From positions 1 through 34,337 of the forward strand of contig DATHUM010000142.1 of NCBI GenBank assembly GCA_035462225.1: a DNA stretch of 34,337 nucleotides. Direction: 5' to 3'. The notes under the pieces were generated by a model that worked only from the letters and a program-made list of their open reading frames with translations, was not told where the DNA came from and did not search any database. The first letter of the stretch is position 1; each line of letters begins with the position of its first letter. A program made the translations under genes and the position numbers. Below, in pieces: positions 7,834 to 16,194 of this stretch. The stretch is from Jiangellaceae bacterium. Its GTDB lineage: Bacteria > Actinomycetota > Actinomycetes > Jiangellales > Jiangellaceae.

Positions 7834-9330
7834 ATGCGTACCGAAGTGGCGACGTCGCAACCCGGATCGGTCCAATTGAAGCGCGAACTCGGTACTGGAA
7901 CGTCCACCGCGCTGGTAATCGGAAACATGGTGGGGTCCGGGGTGTTCTTGCTGCCCGCCTCGCTGGCTGGGGTTGTCCTGATCTCAGGGTCGGGGTCGCT
8001 GCTGGCCTGGCTGCTCGGCGGGATGGCGGCAATGCTCCTTGCGTTGGTGTTCGCCAACCTGGGGCGGGCCTACCCGAAGACCGGAGGACCGTACGCGTAC
8101 TCGCGGCGAGCCTTCGGCGACTTCATCGGCTTCTGGATGGCCTGGGGTTACTGGATCGCGGCCTGGGTCGGCAATGCGGCCATTACCGTGGCCTTCGTCG
8201 GCTACGCGTCGGTGTTCTGGCCTGAGCTGGGCACGAACAACCTGCTCGCAGCGCTGGTTGGGATCGCGGTGGTCTGGCTCCTCACGGCAGTGAACGTGCT
8301 GGGCGTCCGGCAAGGCGGCATGGTGCAACTGGTGACCACGATCCTGAAATTCGTCCCGCTGGCGGTCATCGGGATCATCGGGCTGTTCTTCATCGACGGC
8401 GGGAACTTCACTCCAGTCGCTCCGAACGGGTGGGGTCCCGGCGACGGCGTGCTCGGTGGCATCACCGCTGCTGCTGCGCTCACGCTGTGGGCCTTCATCG
8501 GTCTGGAGTCCGCGACTGTCCCGGCCGAGGAGGTCAAGGACCCGGAGCGAACGATCCCCCGGGCCAGCATCCTGGGAACCGGAGTGACCACGATCGTCTA
8601 CATTCTGGCGACCATTGCCATCGTGGGGATCATTCCCGTCTCCCAGTTGGCCGAGTCGACCAGCCCGTTCGCCGACGCGGCCGGGGAGATCTTCGGCGGC
8701 AACTGGGGCAAGGTCATCGCGTTGGTGGCGATGATCTCGACGTTCGGGGCACTCAACGGCTGGATTCTGATCCAGGGCCGCATCCCGATGGCAGCGGCCA
8801 GGGACGGTCTGTTCCCGAAGGTGTTCGCCAACCTCACCCACCGCGGCCGGACTCCATGGGTCGGCCTCGTGGCGTCCTCGGCTCTCATCACCGGCCTGAT
8901 GCTGATGAACTACTCCAAGGGACTGGTCGAGCAGTTCACGGCCATCATCTACCTGGCCACCCTGACCACGCTGGTTCCCTACGCGTTCTCGGCGGCGGCG
9001 CAGGTGTACCTGCTGTTCACCGACCGCGAGCGGTTCGAGGGACGCCGGCTGACCCGCGACTCCATCGTCGCGCTCGTCGCGTTCGCCTTCTCCTTCTGGG
9101 CGATCTACGGGGCCGGGCTGGAGTACGTCGGTCAGGGCTACCTGCTGCTGCTGGCCGGGGTGCCGGTCTACCTGTTCCTGAAGTGGCGCCAGTCCCGAAC
9201 AACAACCCCACTGCCGGCCGTGGTGGTGCCGCCCGAAACGGACGTCGGTGCGCCCGAAATGGACGTCGGTGCGCCCGAAATGGCGTCGATGACCACCGGC
9301 AGCGAGCCCGGCCGGGTCGCGGTCAAGTGA
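7834..9330 (+). CDS. APC-superfamily amino acid permease
   Basis: About 498 aa and multi-TM. Signature LGTGTSTALVIGNMVGSGVFLLP. ATG at 7834 is preceded by GGAAGGGAGGGG. The upstream 60 aa of the ORF-track frame do not look like protein. Confidence 0.9.
   Translation: MRTEVATSQPGSVQLKRELGTGTSTALVIGNMVGSGVFLLPASLAGVVLISGSGSLLAWLLGGMAAMLLALVFANLGRAYPKTGGPYAYSRRAFGDFIGFWMAWGYWIAAWVGNAAITVAFVGYASVFWPELGTNNLLAALVGIAVVWLLTAVNVLGVRQGGMVQLVTTILKFVPLAVIGIIGLFFIDGGNFTPVAPNGWGPGDGVLGGITAAAALTLWAFIGLESATVPAEEVKDPERTIPRASILGTGVTTIVYILATIAIVGIIPVSQLAESTSPFADAAGEIFGGNWGKVIALVAMISTFGALNGWILIQGRIPMAAARDGLFPKVFANLTHRGRTPWVGLVASSALITGLMLMNYSKGLVEQFTAIIYLATLTTLVPYAFSAAAQVYLLFTDRERFEGRRLTRDSIVALVAFAFSFWAIYGAGLEYVGQGYLLLLAGVPVYLFLKWRQSRTTTPLPAVVVPPETDVGAPEMDVGAPEMASMTTGSEPGRVAVK
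9231..9283 (+). repeat. In-frame 21-bp tandem duplication (2.5 copies) in the permease C-terminal tail
   Basis: GCCCGAAA[C/T]GGACGTCGGTGC occurs at 9231-9251 and 9252-9272, with a partial third copy. It encodes PETDVGA PEMDVGA PEMA. Confidence 0.85.
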
Positions 9331-9343
9331 CCAACCGAGCAAC

Positions 9344-9371
9344 CCTTCGCGCCGCCGTCGCGGCGCGAAGG
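9344..9371 (+). terminator. GC-rich hairpin between the permease and GTPase genes (terminator or attenuator)
   Basis: CCTTCGCGCCGC (9344-9355) / loop CGTC / GCGGCGCGAAGG (9360-9371), a 12-bp perfect stem. Confidence 0.45.
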
Positions 9372-9414
9372 CGTGCTCCTGCGAATGGATGACGACCAAC
9401 AAGGAGGCACGGAG

Positions 9415-10743
9415 ATGACGAGGCGAGTGCTGATCATGGGAGCCGCAGGCCGCGACTTTCACAACTTCAACACGGTGTACCGCGACGATCCGGACGCCGA
9501 TGTCGTGGCGTTCACGGCCACCCAGATTCCCGGTATCGAGGGCAGAACCTATCCATCCGCGCTGGCCGGCACCCGATACCCGGCGGGCATCGCGATCCAC
9601 CCGGAGGAGGAGCTCACCCGGCTGATCCAGGACCTCGACGTCGACGATGTCGTCTTCGGCTATTCAGACGTATCGCACGAGTACGTCATGCACCGGGCGA
9701 GCCAGGCGCTGGCCGCGGGGGCCAACTTCGTCCTGCTCGGTCCCGACGCCACGATGCTCAAGTCGCGGGTGCCGGTGGTGTCCGAGTGCGCGGTGCGCAC
9801 CGGAGCCGGCAAGAGCCAGACCACCCGCAAGGCGGCTCAGATCCTCCGCGAGGCGGGACACCGGCCGGTCGTGGTCCGGCATCCGATGCCCTACGGAGAT
9901 CTGGTGGCCCAACGCGTCCAGCGATTCGCATCGAAAGACGATCTCGACGCCGCCGACGTGACGGTCGAGGAACGGGAGGAATACGAGCACCACATCGCCG
10001 AGGGGACCGTCGTCTATGCCGGCGTGGACTACCGCGCCATCCTGGACCAAGCCCAGGAGGAAGCGGACGTCGTGCTGTGGGACGGCGGGAACAACGACCT
10101 GCCGTTCTTCCGGCCCACCGTGCACGTGGTGGTGGCCGACCCGTTACGGCCCGGGCACGAGAGGGCGTACCACCCTGGGGAGGCGAACCTGCGCATGGCC
10201 GATGTGGTGTTGATCAACAAAGTCGACACCGCGACCCCGGCTCAGGTCGAGCAAGTCCGCGCCTCGGTGAAGGAACTCAATCCGAAGGCCATGGTCATCG
10301 AGGCCCGCAGTAACGTCACGGTCGACCACCCCGAGCAGATCCGCGGAAGGCGCGTCGTGGTGATCGAGGACGGCCCCACCCTGACGCACGGAGAGATGAA
10401 ATTCGGGGCCGGCGTGGTGGCGGCTCGTCGCGAGGGTGCGGCCGAGATAGTCGACCCCCGGCAGTACGCCACCGGCAGTCTGCGCACGGTGCTGGACCAC
10501 TATGACGTCGGACCTGTGCTGCCGGCCGAAGGCTACTCTCCCCAGCAGGTGGCCGAGTTAGAGGCGGCGATCGACGCTGTCGATGCCGACGTGGTGGTGA
10601 TCGCGACGCCCATCGATCTTCGGCATGTGGTCCACATCGACAAGCCCGCTGTTCGCGTGACCTACGAACTCGACGAGGTCGAAGGATCACCGACGCTTGC
10701 CGATGCGCTGACCCCGGTGCTCCAGTCCCCGGTCCCTGGCTAA
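9415..10743 (+). CDS. COG2403-type GTPase (cyclic 2,3-diphosphoglycerate synthetase-like family)
   Basis: 442 aa. MTRRVLIMGAAGRDFHNFN, a P-loop-like TGAGKSQTT, WDGGNND and an NKVD guanine-specificity motif (VVLINKVDTA). AAGGAGG RBS lies 8 nt upstream of the ATG at 9415. Confidence 0.8.
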   Translation: MTRRVLIMGAAGRDFHNFNTVYRDDPDADVVAFTATQIPGIEGRTYPSALAGTRYPAGIAIHPEEELTRLIQDLDVDDVVFGYSDVSHEYVMHRASQALAAGANFVLLGPDATMLKSRVPVVSECAVRTGAGKSQTTRKAAQILREAGHRPVVVRHPMPYGDLVAQRVQRFASKDDLDAADVTVEEREEYEHHIAEGTVVYAGVDYRAILDQAQEEADVVLWDGGNNDLPFFRPTVHVVVADPLRPGHERAYHPGEANLRMADVVLINKVDTATPAQVEQVRASVKELNPKAMVIEARSNVTVDHPEQIRGRRVVVIEDGPTLTHGEMKFGAGVVAARREGAAEIVDPRQYATGSLRTVLDHYDVGPVLPAEGYSPQQVAELEAAIDAVDADVVVIATPIDLRHVVHIDKPAVRVTYELDEVEGSPTLADALTPVLQSPVPG

Positions 10744-10798
10744 GCGACACGCGGAGAACCTGAACTGGTACGCCTGACCGATCAGACGCCCCATAACG

Positions 10799-10829
10799 TC
10801 GCCCCCTCCGAGATCGTCGGAGGGGGCGA
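10799..10829. terminator. Intrinsic terminator hairpin between convergent genes
   Basis: TCGCCCCCTCCGA (10799-10811) / loop GATCG / TCGGAGGGGGCGA (10817-10829), a 13-bp perfect stem followed by a T-rich TTCATCGTTGTGTG. Confidence 0.65.
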
Positions 10830-10845
10830 TTCATCGTTGTGTGAA

Positions 10846-11523
10846 TCAGATGCGAGACATCAGCCGAGCCGCCTGAGCGGACGCCCAGCCGAATCCGAGC
10901 ACCATAGCGGCCCAGAGTGGGATGAAGTTGAGGCTCAGGTTGGACATCGCGCCGAGGACCTGGATGAAGATGCCCGTGAAGATGCTCCACGCGGCCCACC
11001 GGCGTTGCCCCAGCCGCAGCGACCGGCGAGCGAATACGAAGCACGCCAGGCTCAGCGCCATGAATCCGACCACCGGTGCAGCAGCGTGCACGATTGCGTG
11101 CCAGCTGAGCTCGTCGGGAACGCCTTGCGGTGTCCCGGGCGGGAAGCCCAGCCCGGGGTCGGTTACGAAGACGCCCCCGACGATGAGCGCAGCACCGAAC
11201 GCGCCGATCAATCTCGGACCCCAAACCGACGCGGGGCCGGGGCTCAACACGCGCCGCATTCCGACCGCAGCAGCGAGGAACAACAGACCGCAGAGGACGA
11301 AGTTCGCGATCTGGATCCAGCCCAGATCGCCGACGCTGAGCAGACTGAGCGGGTGCTCGACCGGGTCGAAGCCGGTCCGCGTCCCCGCCTGGATCATGGC
11401 GACCGCGATGAAGATCGGGCTAGCCGCGGCGCCGCCGCCGAGCAGCGTCCGGGTGCGCCTGGCTTCGCCGGCCGCGACCGGAAGTCCGGCCCTCACGTCC
11501 ACCGGAGTCACGTTTGTAGTCAT
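10846..11523 (-). CDS. DUF998-like integral membrane protein
   Basis: About 225 aa with 5-6 predicted TM helices. The sequence pattern (HPLSLLSVGDLGWIQIANF...) resembles the DUF998 family. ATG at 11523 chosen; it lies 11 nt past the upstream gene's stop. Confidence 0.65.
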   Translation of the reverse strand: MTTNVTPVDVRAGLPVAAGEARRTRTLLGGGAAASPIFIAVAMIQAGTRTGFDPVEHPLSLLSVGDLGWIQIANFVLCGLLFLAAAVGMRRVLSPGPASVWGPRLIGAFGAALIVGGVFVTDPGLGFPPGTPQGVPDELSWHAIVHAAAPVVGFMALSLACFVFARRSLRLGQRRWAAWSIFTGIFIQVLGAMSNLSLNFIPLWAAMVLGFGWASAQAARLMSRI

Positions 11524-11534
11524 GGCACTCTCCC

Positions 11535-12050
11535 CTACTCCGCGAAGACCTTGCCGGTCTCGAGCAAGGTCTTGAGCTCGCTGAGCACCCACGCGTGGCC
11601 GCCGCCGGCGCCGTACTCCTCCTGATCGCCGCGGACCAGTGACGCGAGGTTCGGCGCGCCTTCGAGCTCATGAGTGAGGGTGAGTGAGCACACCTTGTCG
11701 TCCAGTTCCTTGATCTCGTAGGTGAGGCGGGTGTGCGGCTCGGCAGCCATCCCTGGATCCATCAGCATCCGGAACGTGTGGACGAGCTTGCGCGGCGGAT
11801 CGGCCTCCAAGACCTCTCCGTCGATGATCACCTCGGGCAGTTCGCCGCCGAAGTTGGCCTCGCTTTCCTTCTTGAAAGCCTCTGTGGGGCGCACCTTGTA
11901 CGCTCCGCCCGGCCGCAGATCGAAGTCGACCAGGCCGGTATAGCCGTAGCGCTCCGTCCACTCCGGCTTGGTGATCGCGTCCCAGATCGCTTCCGGGCTC
12001 GCCTTGATGTAGACCCGGTAGACCTGGGTCGTCTCGGCCTTGGCGGTCAT
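11535..12050 (-). CDS. SRPBCC (AHSA1/START-like) family protein
   Basis: 171 aa. VYRVYIKASPEAIWDAITKPEWTERYGY...CSLTLTHE. The ATG overlaps the ArsR stop as ATGA (12047-12050). GGAGGA RBS present. Confidence 0.85.
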   Translation of the reverse strand: MTAKAETTQVYRVYIKASPEAIWDAITKPEWTERYGYTGLVDFDLRPGGAYKVRPTEAFKKESEANFGGELPEVIIDGEVLEADPPRKLVHTFRMLMDPGMAAEPHTRLTYEIKELDDKVCSLTLTHELEGAPNLASLVRGDQEEYGAGGGHAWVLSELKTLLETGKVFAE

Positions 12051-12376
12051 GATTCCTCCAGCTTGGTTTTCAGTTCGGTGAGCGCCGACACGTGACGCTC
12101 TCGGAATTTGTCGATCCACCTGTCGTGGATCAGTCGGATGGGTACGGGGTTGAGGTAGTGCAACTTCTCTCGCCCCGACCGTTGCGTGACGACGAGGCCG
12201 GACTCCTCGAGTACGCGAAGGTGCTTCATGACACCGAAACGCGTCATCTCCAGTTCTGACTCGAGCTCGGTGAGCGTGCGGCCGTCGCGCTCGAAGAGCA
12301 GGTCTAACAAGAACCGGCGAGTCGGGTCGGCCAGCGCCTTGAACACCGCGTCGTCGTCATTCACGCGAGGAAGCAT
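12047..12376 (-). CDS. ArsR/SmtB-family HTH transcriptional regulator
   Basis: VFKALADPTRRFLLDLLFERDGRTLTELESELEMTRFGVMKHLRVLEESGLV. ATG at 12376 preferred; the GTG at 12394 is also possible. Confidence 0.88.
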   Translation of the reverse strand: MLPRVNDDDAVFKALADPTRRFLLDLLFERDGRTLTELESELEMTRFGVMKHLRVLEESGLVVTQRSGREKLHYLNPVPIRLIHDRWIDKFRERHVSALTELKTKLEES

Positions 12377-12414
12377 ATGTGACCCATAGGTCACGTGTCA
12401 ATACGGTCACATAT
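12375..12414. promoter_or_regulatory. Candidate ArsR operator: three GTGACC/GGTCAC half-sites
   Basis: Reads ATATGTGACC-CATA-GGTCAC-GTGTCAATAC-GGTCACATAT. The outer 10-bp arms (12375-12384 and 12405-12414) are exact inverted repeats. The inner palindrome is GTGACC-N4-GGTCAC. The site abuts or overlaps the regulator's start codon. Confidence 0.4.
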
Positions 12415-12502
12415 CGAGCGCGTATCGCCGCCGAGCGGCTTTACGGCGCCTGAGATGAAGCTCGCATCGTCCGAGAGAAGGTAGGCCACCGCTGCGGCGA
12501 CG

Positions 12503-13084
12503 TCAGCCGATGCTCAGATCGTCGTAGACGTACCACGCACTTGCGTCGAGCACGTCGGCCGGTCGCAGCGGTCGCCCTAGAAGTGCCACCATCGTGCCGT
12601 TGAGCCGGTGGCCCACTGGCGCATCGGCGTCGGCTTGGTCGGGCCGAAAGTCCCGCCCATGGTCCACCATCCATGCCTCCCCATCCGGTCCTCGTTGCAG
12701 TGGTTGAGATAGAAGGCCGGATCATTCGGAGACGTGCCGGGCCACATTTCGCCACCAACCCACATGTGCACGCGATTGTGGAGTTGCGGCCCGGCTTGGC
12801 CCGGGTCGTCGGGAGTCGGTGGCCGCCTCAGCCAGCCCTCCACCGTGTTGCGGAAGCTGTTCGAGGCGGTGTCCCATCGTGGGCCGTCGTAGTTCGGGTC
12901 GCTGATCGCCCAGCGAACGTCGGCGGTGGTGGGAAGCGTCGGCGCGCGGCATGAATTCGCGTAGTTGCTCGTACACGTCGAGTGCCGTGATCTGCGGGTC
13001 CGGTCGGCTCAGTTCCACGACACCTTCGAGGTATCGGTCTCGGGCGTCCTTCGACTCGAGAATGTTGCGCCTCGTCACACTCAT
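12503..13084 (-). pseudogene. Tyrosinase (MelC2-type, type-3 copper) pseudogene with an internal deletion and at least two frameshifts
   Basis: Three fragments in different frames. N-terminus: MSVTRRNILESKDARDRYLEGVVELS. CuB region: FRNTVEGW...LHNRVHMWVGGEMWPGTSPNDPAFYLNHCNEDR. C-terminus: RPADVLDASAWYVYDDL. The CuA histidine region (about 100 aa) is absent and there is no MelC1-like caddie gene upstream. Confidence 0.8.
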
Positions 13085-13170
13085 TGCTCGCCCTCCTCGA
13101 TCAGAGGCCCTCCGAACGCGCGCGTAGGTGGAGCCGTCCGGAGTACGCTCGGCTCAAGGGGGTGATTGGA

Positions 13171-13557
13171 ATGCTTAGCGACTACCCGGTATACGCCACG
13201 ATTGCTACTGCCGACCTCGCGAGGGCACGGTCGTTCTACGAGGAGACGCTGGGATTCCGCATTGTGACGGAGGATCAGGCAGGCGGGGTCTATTACCAGT
13301 CAGGTACGACCCGCTTCTACCTGTACGAGAGCCAGTTCGCCGGCCACGCCCAGCACACTCTGGCCTCGTGGGAGGTCGACGACATCGCGTCGGTAGTGGA
13401 CGAGCTTGAGACCCGGGGTGTGGTGTTCGAGAAGTACGACTTGCCGGGGCTCAAGACCGACGAGCGAGGTGTCGCCGACCTCGGCGAGATGAAGGCCGCG
13501 TGGTTCACGGATCCGGATGGCAACATCCTGAACGTCGGGCAAGCGCCCACCAGCTAG
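13171..13557 (+). CDS. VOC (glyoxalase) family protein
   Basis: 128 aa. PVYATIATADLARARSFYEETLGFRIV...AWFTDPDGNILNV. ATG at 13171 follows AAGGGGG. Confidence 0.85.
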   Translation: MLSDYPVYATIATADLARARSFYEETLGFRIVTEDQAGGVYYQSGTTRFYLYESQFAGHAQHTLASWEVDDIASVVDELETRGVVFEKYDLPGLKTDERGVADLGEMKAAWFTDPDGNILNVGQAPTS

Positions 13558-13568
13558 TCCGAAACTCA

Positions 13569-13604
13569 TTCGCCGGGCCGACTGCAACGGGTCGGCCCGG
13601 CGAA
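13569..13604. terminator. Bidirectional intrinsic terminator hairpin
   Basis: TTCGCCGGGCCGAC (13569-13582) / 8-nt loop / GTCGGCCCGGCGAA (13591-13604), a 14-bp perfect stem between convergent genes. Confidence 0.65.
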
Positions 13605-13619
13605 CGTGGCTGACGTGCG

Positions 13620-14717
13620 CTACGTCCCGCAGGGGACTGCCTGTGGGAACGGGATGTCGTCGAAGCCACTGATATCCACATCGGCCAGCGACCCGTCGGC
13701 GACCGCGGCCAGCAGCGCCTTCGTTGGCCTGACATGAGTCTCGACGAGTAGGCCGCTGCTCTTCTGCCCGACCGAGCGGAACTCGAAGAACAATGCACCG
13801 TCGACCCGGTGGTCAGGAACCTGTTCGCCGGGCGGGGCGCTGTCACCGAGGAGCATCGTGCTGATCACGGCGTTGGGAATGTGGAACGCCGGGTTCTGAG
13901 CCGGACCGTAGAGCGTCGGAGTGATCACTCCGAGGCTCTGCACAGCGTCGTAGACGACCATCGACATGGCGCGGTTGGTCCGCCACTGCTCGTCCGTGAA
14001 GGCCGAGATGGCGATCGGCCGGTGGCCGATCTGAAGCTGCGTGAGGTCATCGGTGCCCTGCACCACGTGCGCCTCACCCACGTGGTGATAGTCGAGCGCA
14101 TAGTTCGGCAGCGTCTCGGCGAACAAGGCCCACCACGCCCGCGACTCAGGCTGAGCAAAGGAGCCCTGTTGGCCGAATCCCGGCGCCGGCTGCGGACCCC
14201 AGTCCCGGTTCAAGTCGAGATTAAAGTTCGGCGTCACCGACCCGCGAATGCCGCGAAGTCCCGATGCTGTGACGAATTCGGCGCCATCCGGGTTGTACAT
14301 CGGGATGACGATGACGGTCAGCTTCTCCCTGATCATCTTGGCGTCCGGGTGGCCAGAGGTCAGCCAGCTAAGAAGCCGAAGCGCGGACTGGGTGCCGAGC
14401 CGCTCGTTACCGTGGATGCGGCCCTGAATCCAGAAGACCGTCTCGCCGGTGCCGACCGTCGCGTACAACAGCTCGCGACCCTGGCCGGACTGCCCGGCAC
14501 TCTCCACTGTGACGAGGCCCTGGCTGGCCCGCTCGATCTGGTCGAGCGCCTTGACCACGTCCTCGTAGAAGTAGATGCTTTCCAGCGACTGGTGCTGGTT
14601 GGGCTGGATACACGGCCCGCCGGGGTTGTGCGGCGGATCTGCCGCGGCCGGCGCGGCGGTCAACCCGGTAGCAAGTAGGACGGCGGCGGCTAATCCGCCC
14701 AATAGACGTCGCATCAA
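13620..14717 (-). CDS. Secreted M14-family zinc carboxypeptidase
   Basis: 365 aa. Signal peptide MMRRLLGGLAAAVLLATGLTAAPAAA. Zinc-binding HxxE motif in WIQGRIHGNERLG. Also LNRDW. Confidence 0.88.
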   Translation of the reverse strand: MMRRLLGGLAAAVLLATGLTAAPAAADPPHNPGGPCIQPNQHQSLESIYFYEDVVKALDQIERASQGLVTVESAGQSGQGRELLYATVGTGETVFWIQGRIHGNERLGTQSALRLLSWLTSGHPDAKMIREKLTVIVIPMYNPDGAEFVTASGLRGIRGSVTPNFNLDLNRDWGPQPAPGFGQQGSFAQPESRAWWALFAETLPNYALDYHHVGEAHVVQGTDDLTQLQIGHRPIAISAFTDEQWRTNRAMSMVVYDAVQSLGVITPTLYGPAQNPAFHIPNAVISTMLLGDSAPPGEQVPDHRVDGALFFEFRSVGQKSSGLLVETHVRPTKALLAAVADGSLADVDISGFDDIPFPQAVPCGT

Positions 14718-14912
14718 TGATCGCCTCCTATGGTGTTGGACCGTTGACGCCGACTTCAGGCCGCAACCGATAGCTGCATCGCGCTATGACACGGCTTCAG
14801 TCAACGTACGGCCGGGCGTAACAGCCGTCAATGTCCGGCCGACCGTGATCGTGTCGACTCCTCGCCGCTACCGCCATACACCTCGCCACCGATCGGAACA
14901 GCGCGACCTTGA

Positions 14913-15104
14913 CATGCCACCGATCCGGACTCGACGTTCCACATCCAAGCGGCGGCCAGCGCCTGCCTGGCCGCCATGCACACGGCATTGGTGCGCTGGG
15001 CCGAGGACGACGGACGGACTGAGCTGCCCGAATTGATCGCGAAGGCGCTCGCTGCCGCCTTCGGCGATGACATCGTGGACACCGGTCAGAACGGACGCCG
15101 CTGA
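14913..15104 (+). pseudogene. Possible C-terminal remnant of a TetR-family regulator
   Basis: Start-less open frame reading HATDPDSTFHIQAAASACLAAMHTALVRWAEDDGRTELPELIAKALAAAFGDD...; it looks like a TetR_C helix pair, with no N-terminal HTH upstream. Confidence 0.3.
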
Positions 15105-15218
15105 CGCCGACGGTAGCGTCCCAACATGCGCCTGAAGCTGGGTCGTCCGGATATCAGGCGAGTCTTCACCGAACTCGCGACTCGGCAGGACGTCGCCCTC
15201 CACTTCCCGACCAGACCG

Positions 15219-15650
15219 TCAGGCTTCGCGGAGGCCTCCCGCTGCGGCGAACCGGCGCCCACTGATCGTCGCTGGTTCGATTCGAATGAATATCGGCTTT
15301 GGCGCAGGATCCCACGGCACGAGCGGGAGTTCCTGGGCGGCGTAGACCTCGTTGAGCTTCTCGAGGACAAGTGCAGTTCCACCAACAACAACACTCCACG
15401 CGAGGCCGCTAACCGCGTCGAACCCATCGACCTCGAAGGCAACTTGCGGATTGGCCGACACGGCAGCCAATTTGGTCCCCTCCGCGGTCCGGATTAGTAC
15501 TGTCCGGTTATCGGTCACGAAGTTCACCGGGAAGATCTTCGGACGACTACCGATGCAGACGGCCAGTCGGCCAATTTCACTACGCACCATTAGCTCCCAG
15601 CATTCATGCTCCGTGAGAACACTCATCCCAGGGTCGAGAAAGTCCGCCAT
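15219..15650 (-). CDS. Pyridoxamine 5'-phosphate oxidase (PPOX/F420-type split-barrel) family protein
   Basis: LTEHECWELMVRSEIGRLAVCIGSRPKIFPVNFV...VLIRTAEGTKL...VAFEVDG. Start uncertain (ATG at 15650 or 15626). Confidence 0.85.
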   Translation of the reverse strand: MADFLDPGMSVLTEHECWELMVRSEIGRLAVCIGSRPKIFPVNFVTDNRTVLIRTAEGTKLAAVSANPQVAFEVDGFDAVSGLAWSVVVGGTALVLEKLNEVYAAQELPLVPWDPAPKPIFIRIEPATISGRRFAAAGGLREA

Positions 15651-16194
15651 GCCGCCGACTCTGCCCCTCACGCGCGGTCGTCGCATCAGCCAAAGGTCCC
15701 GCCGTCGGCGGCCTTTGGCCTCGTCTTCGCGCATCGATACTTGAAGGCGGGCCCTTTCCACACCGGCCGACCTATCCCCACTGCGCGGCGACCTCACCGG
15801 GTGGTGTCATGAGCGCTGGCGTCTCACTCTGCGCCAGGTCTCCGGCATTGCCTAACCGGAGGAGTGGTCAACTGGTCGATCGACACTTGCTCAAGATTCG
15901 CTGGCCGTTGCCAGCTGATCTCTCGTTACGCGGGCTCTATTCAGCACCTCATCAGGGGTCGCGCAACGGCATATTCCATCAGCCGCCGCCCCTTGCAATA
16001 TCCACCAGAAGTCGTAGAGTTCAAATCGCGTTGCTGGCCGCACAGGGGCTTCTTCAATCCCGGATCCCTCCAAACATATCGGCCTGGGCAACGGCAGCAG
16101 CACCTTGCGAAGGGGGTGATGCGCCTGAATGGAGTCGCCTCGCCCGGGCGATGCGGGCGAGGATCCGGGCGGATTCATCTCGACGGAGGTGCTC

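Noticed and set aside
12441-12954. ORFs 12441-12758(-) and 12673-12954(+) as independent genes
   Set aside because: They overlap the tyrosinase relic in other frames or on the other strand and have no motifs. The locus is better explained as one frameshifted pseudogene.
15270-15295. tRNA-like T-arm string GGTTCGATTCGAA
   Set aside because: The flanking bases do not form a T-stem, acceptor stem or anticodon arm, and the string lies inside the PPOX coding region.
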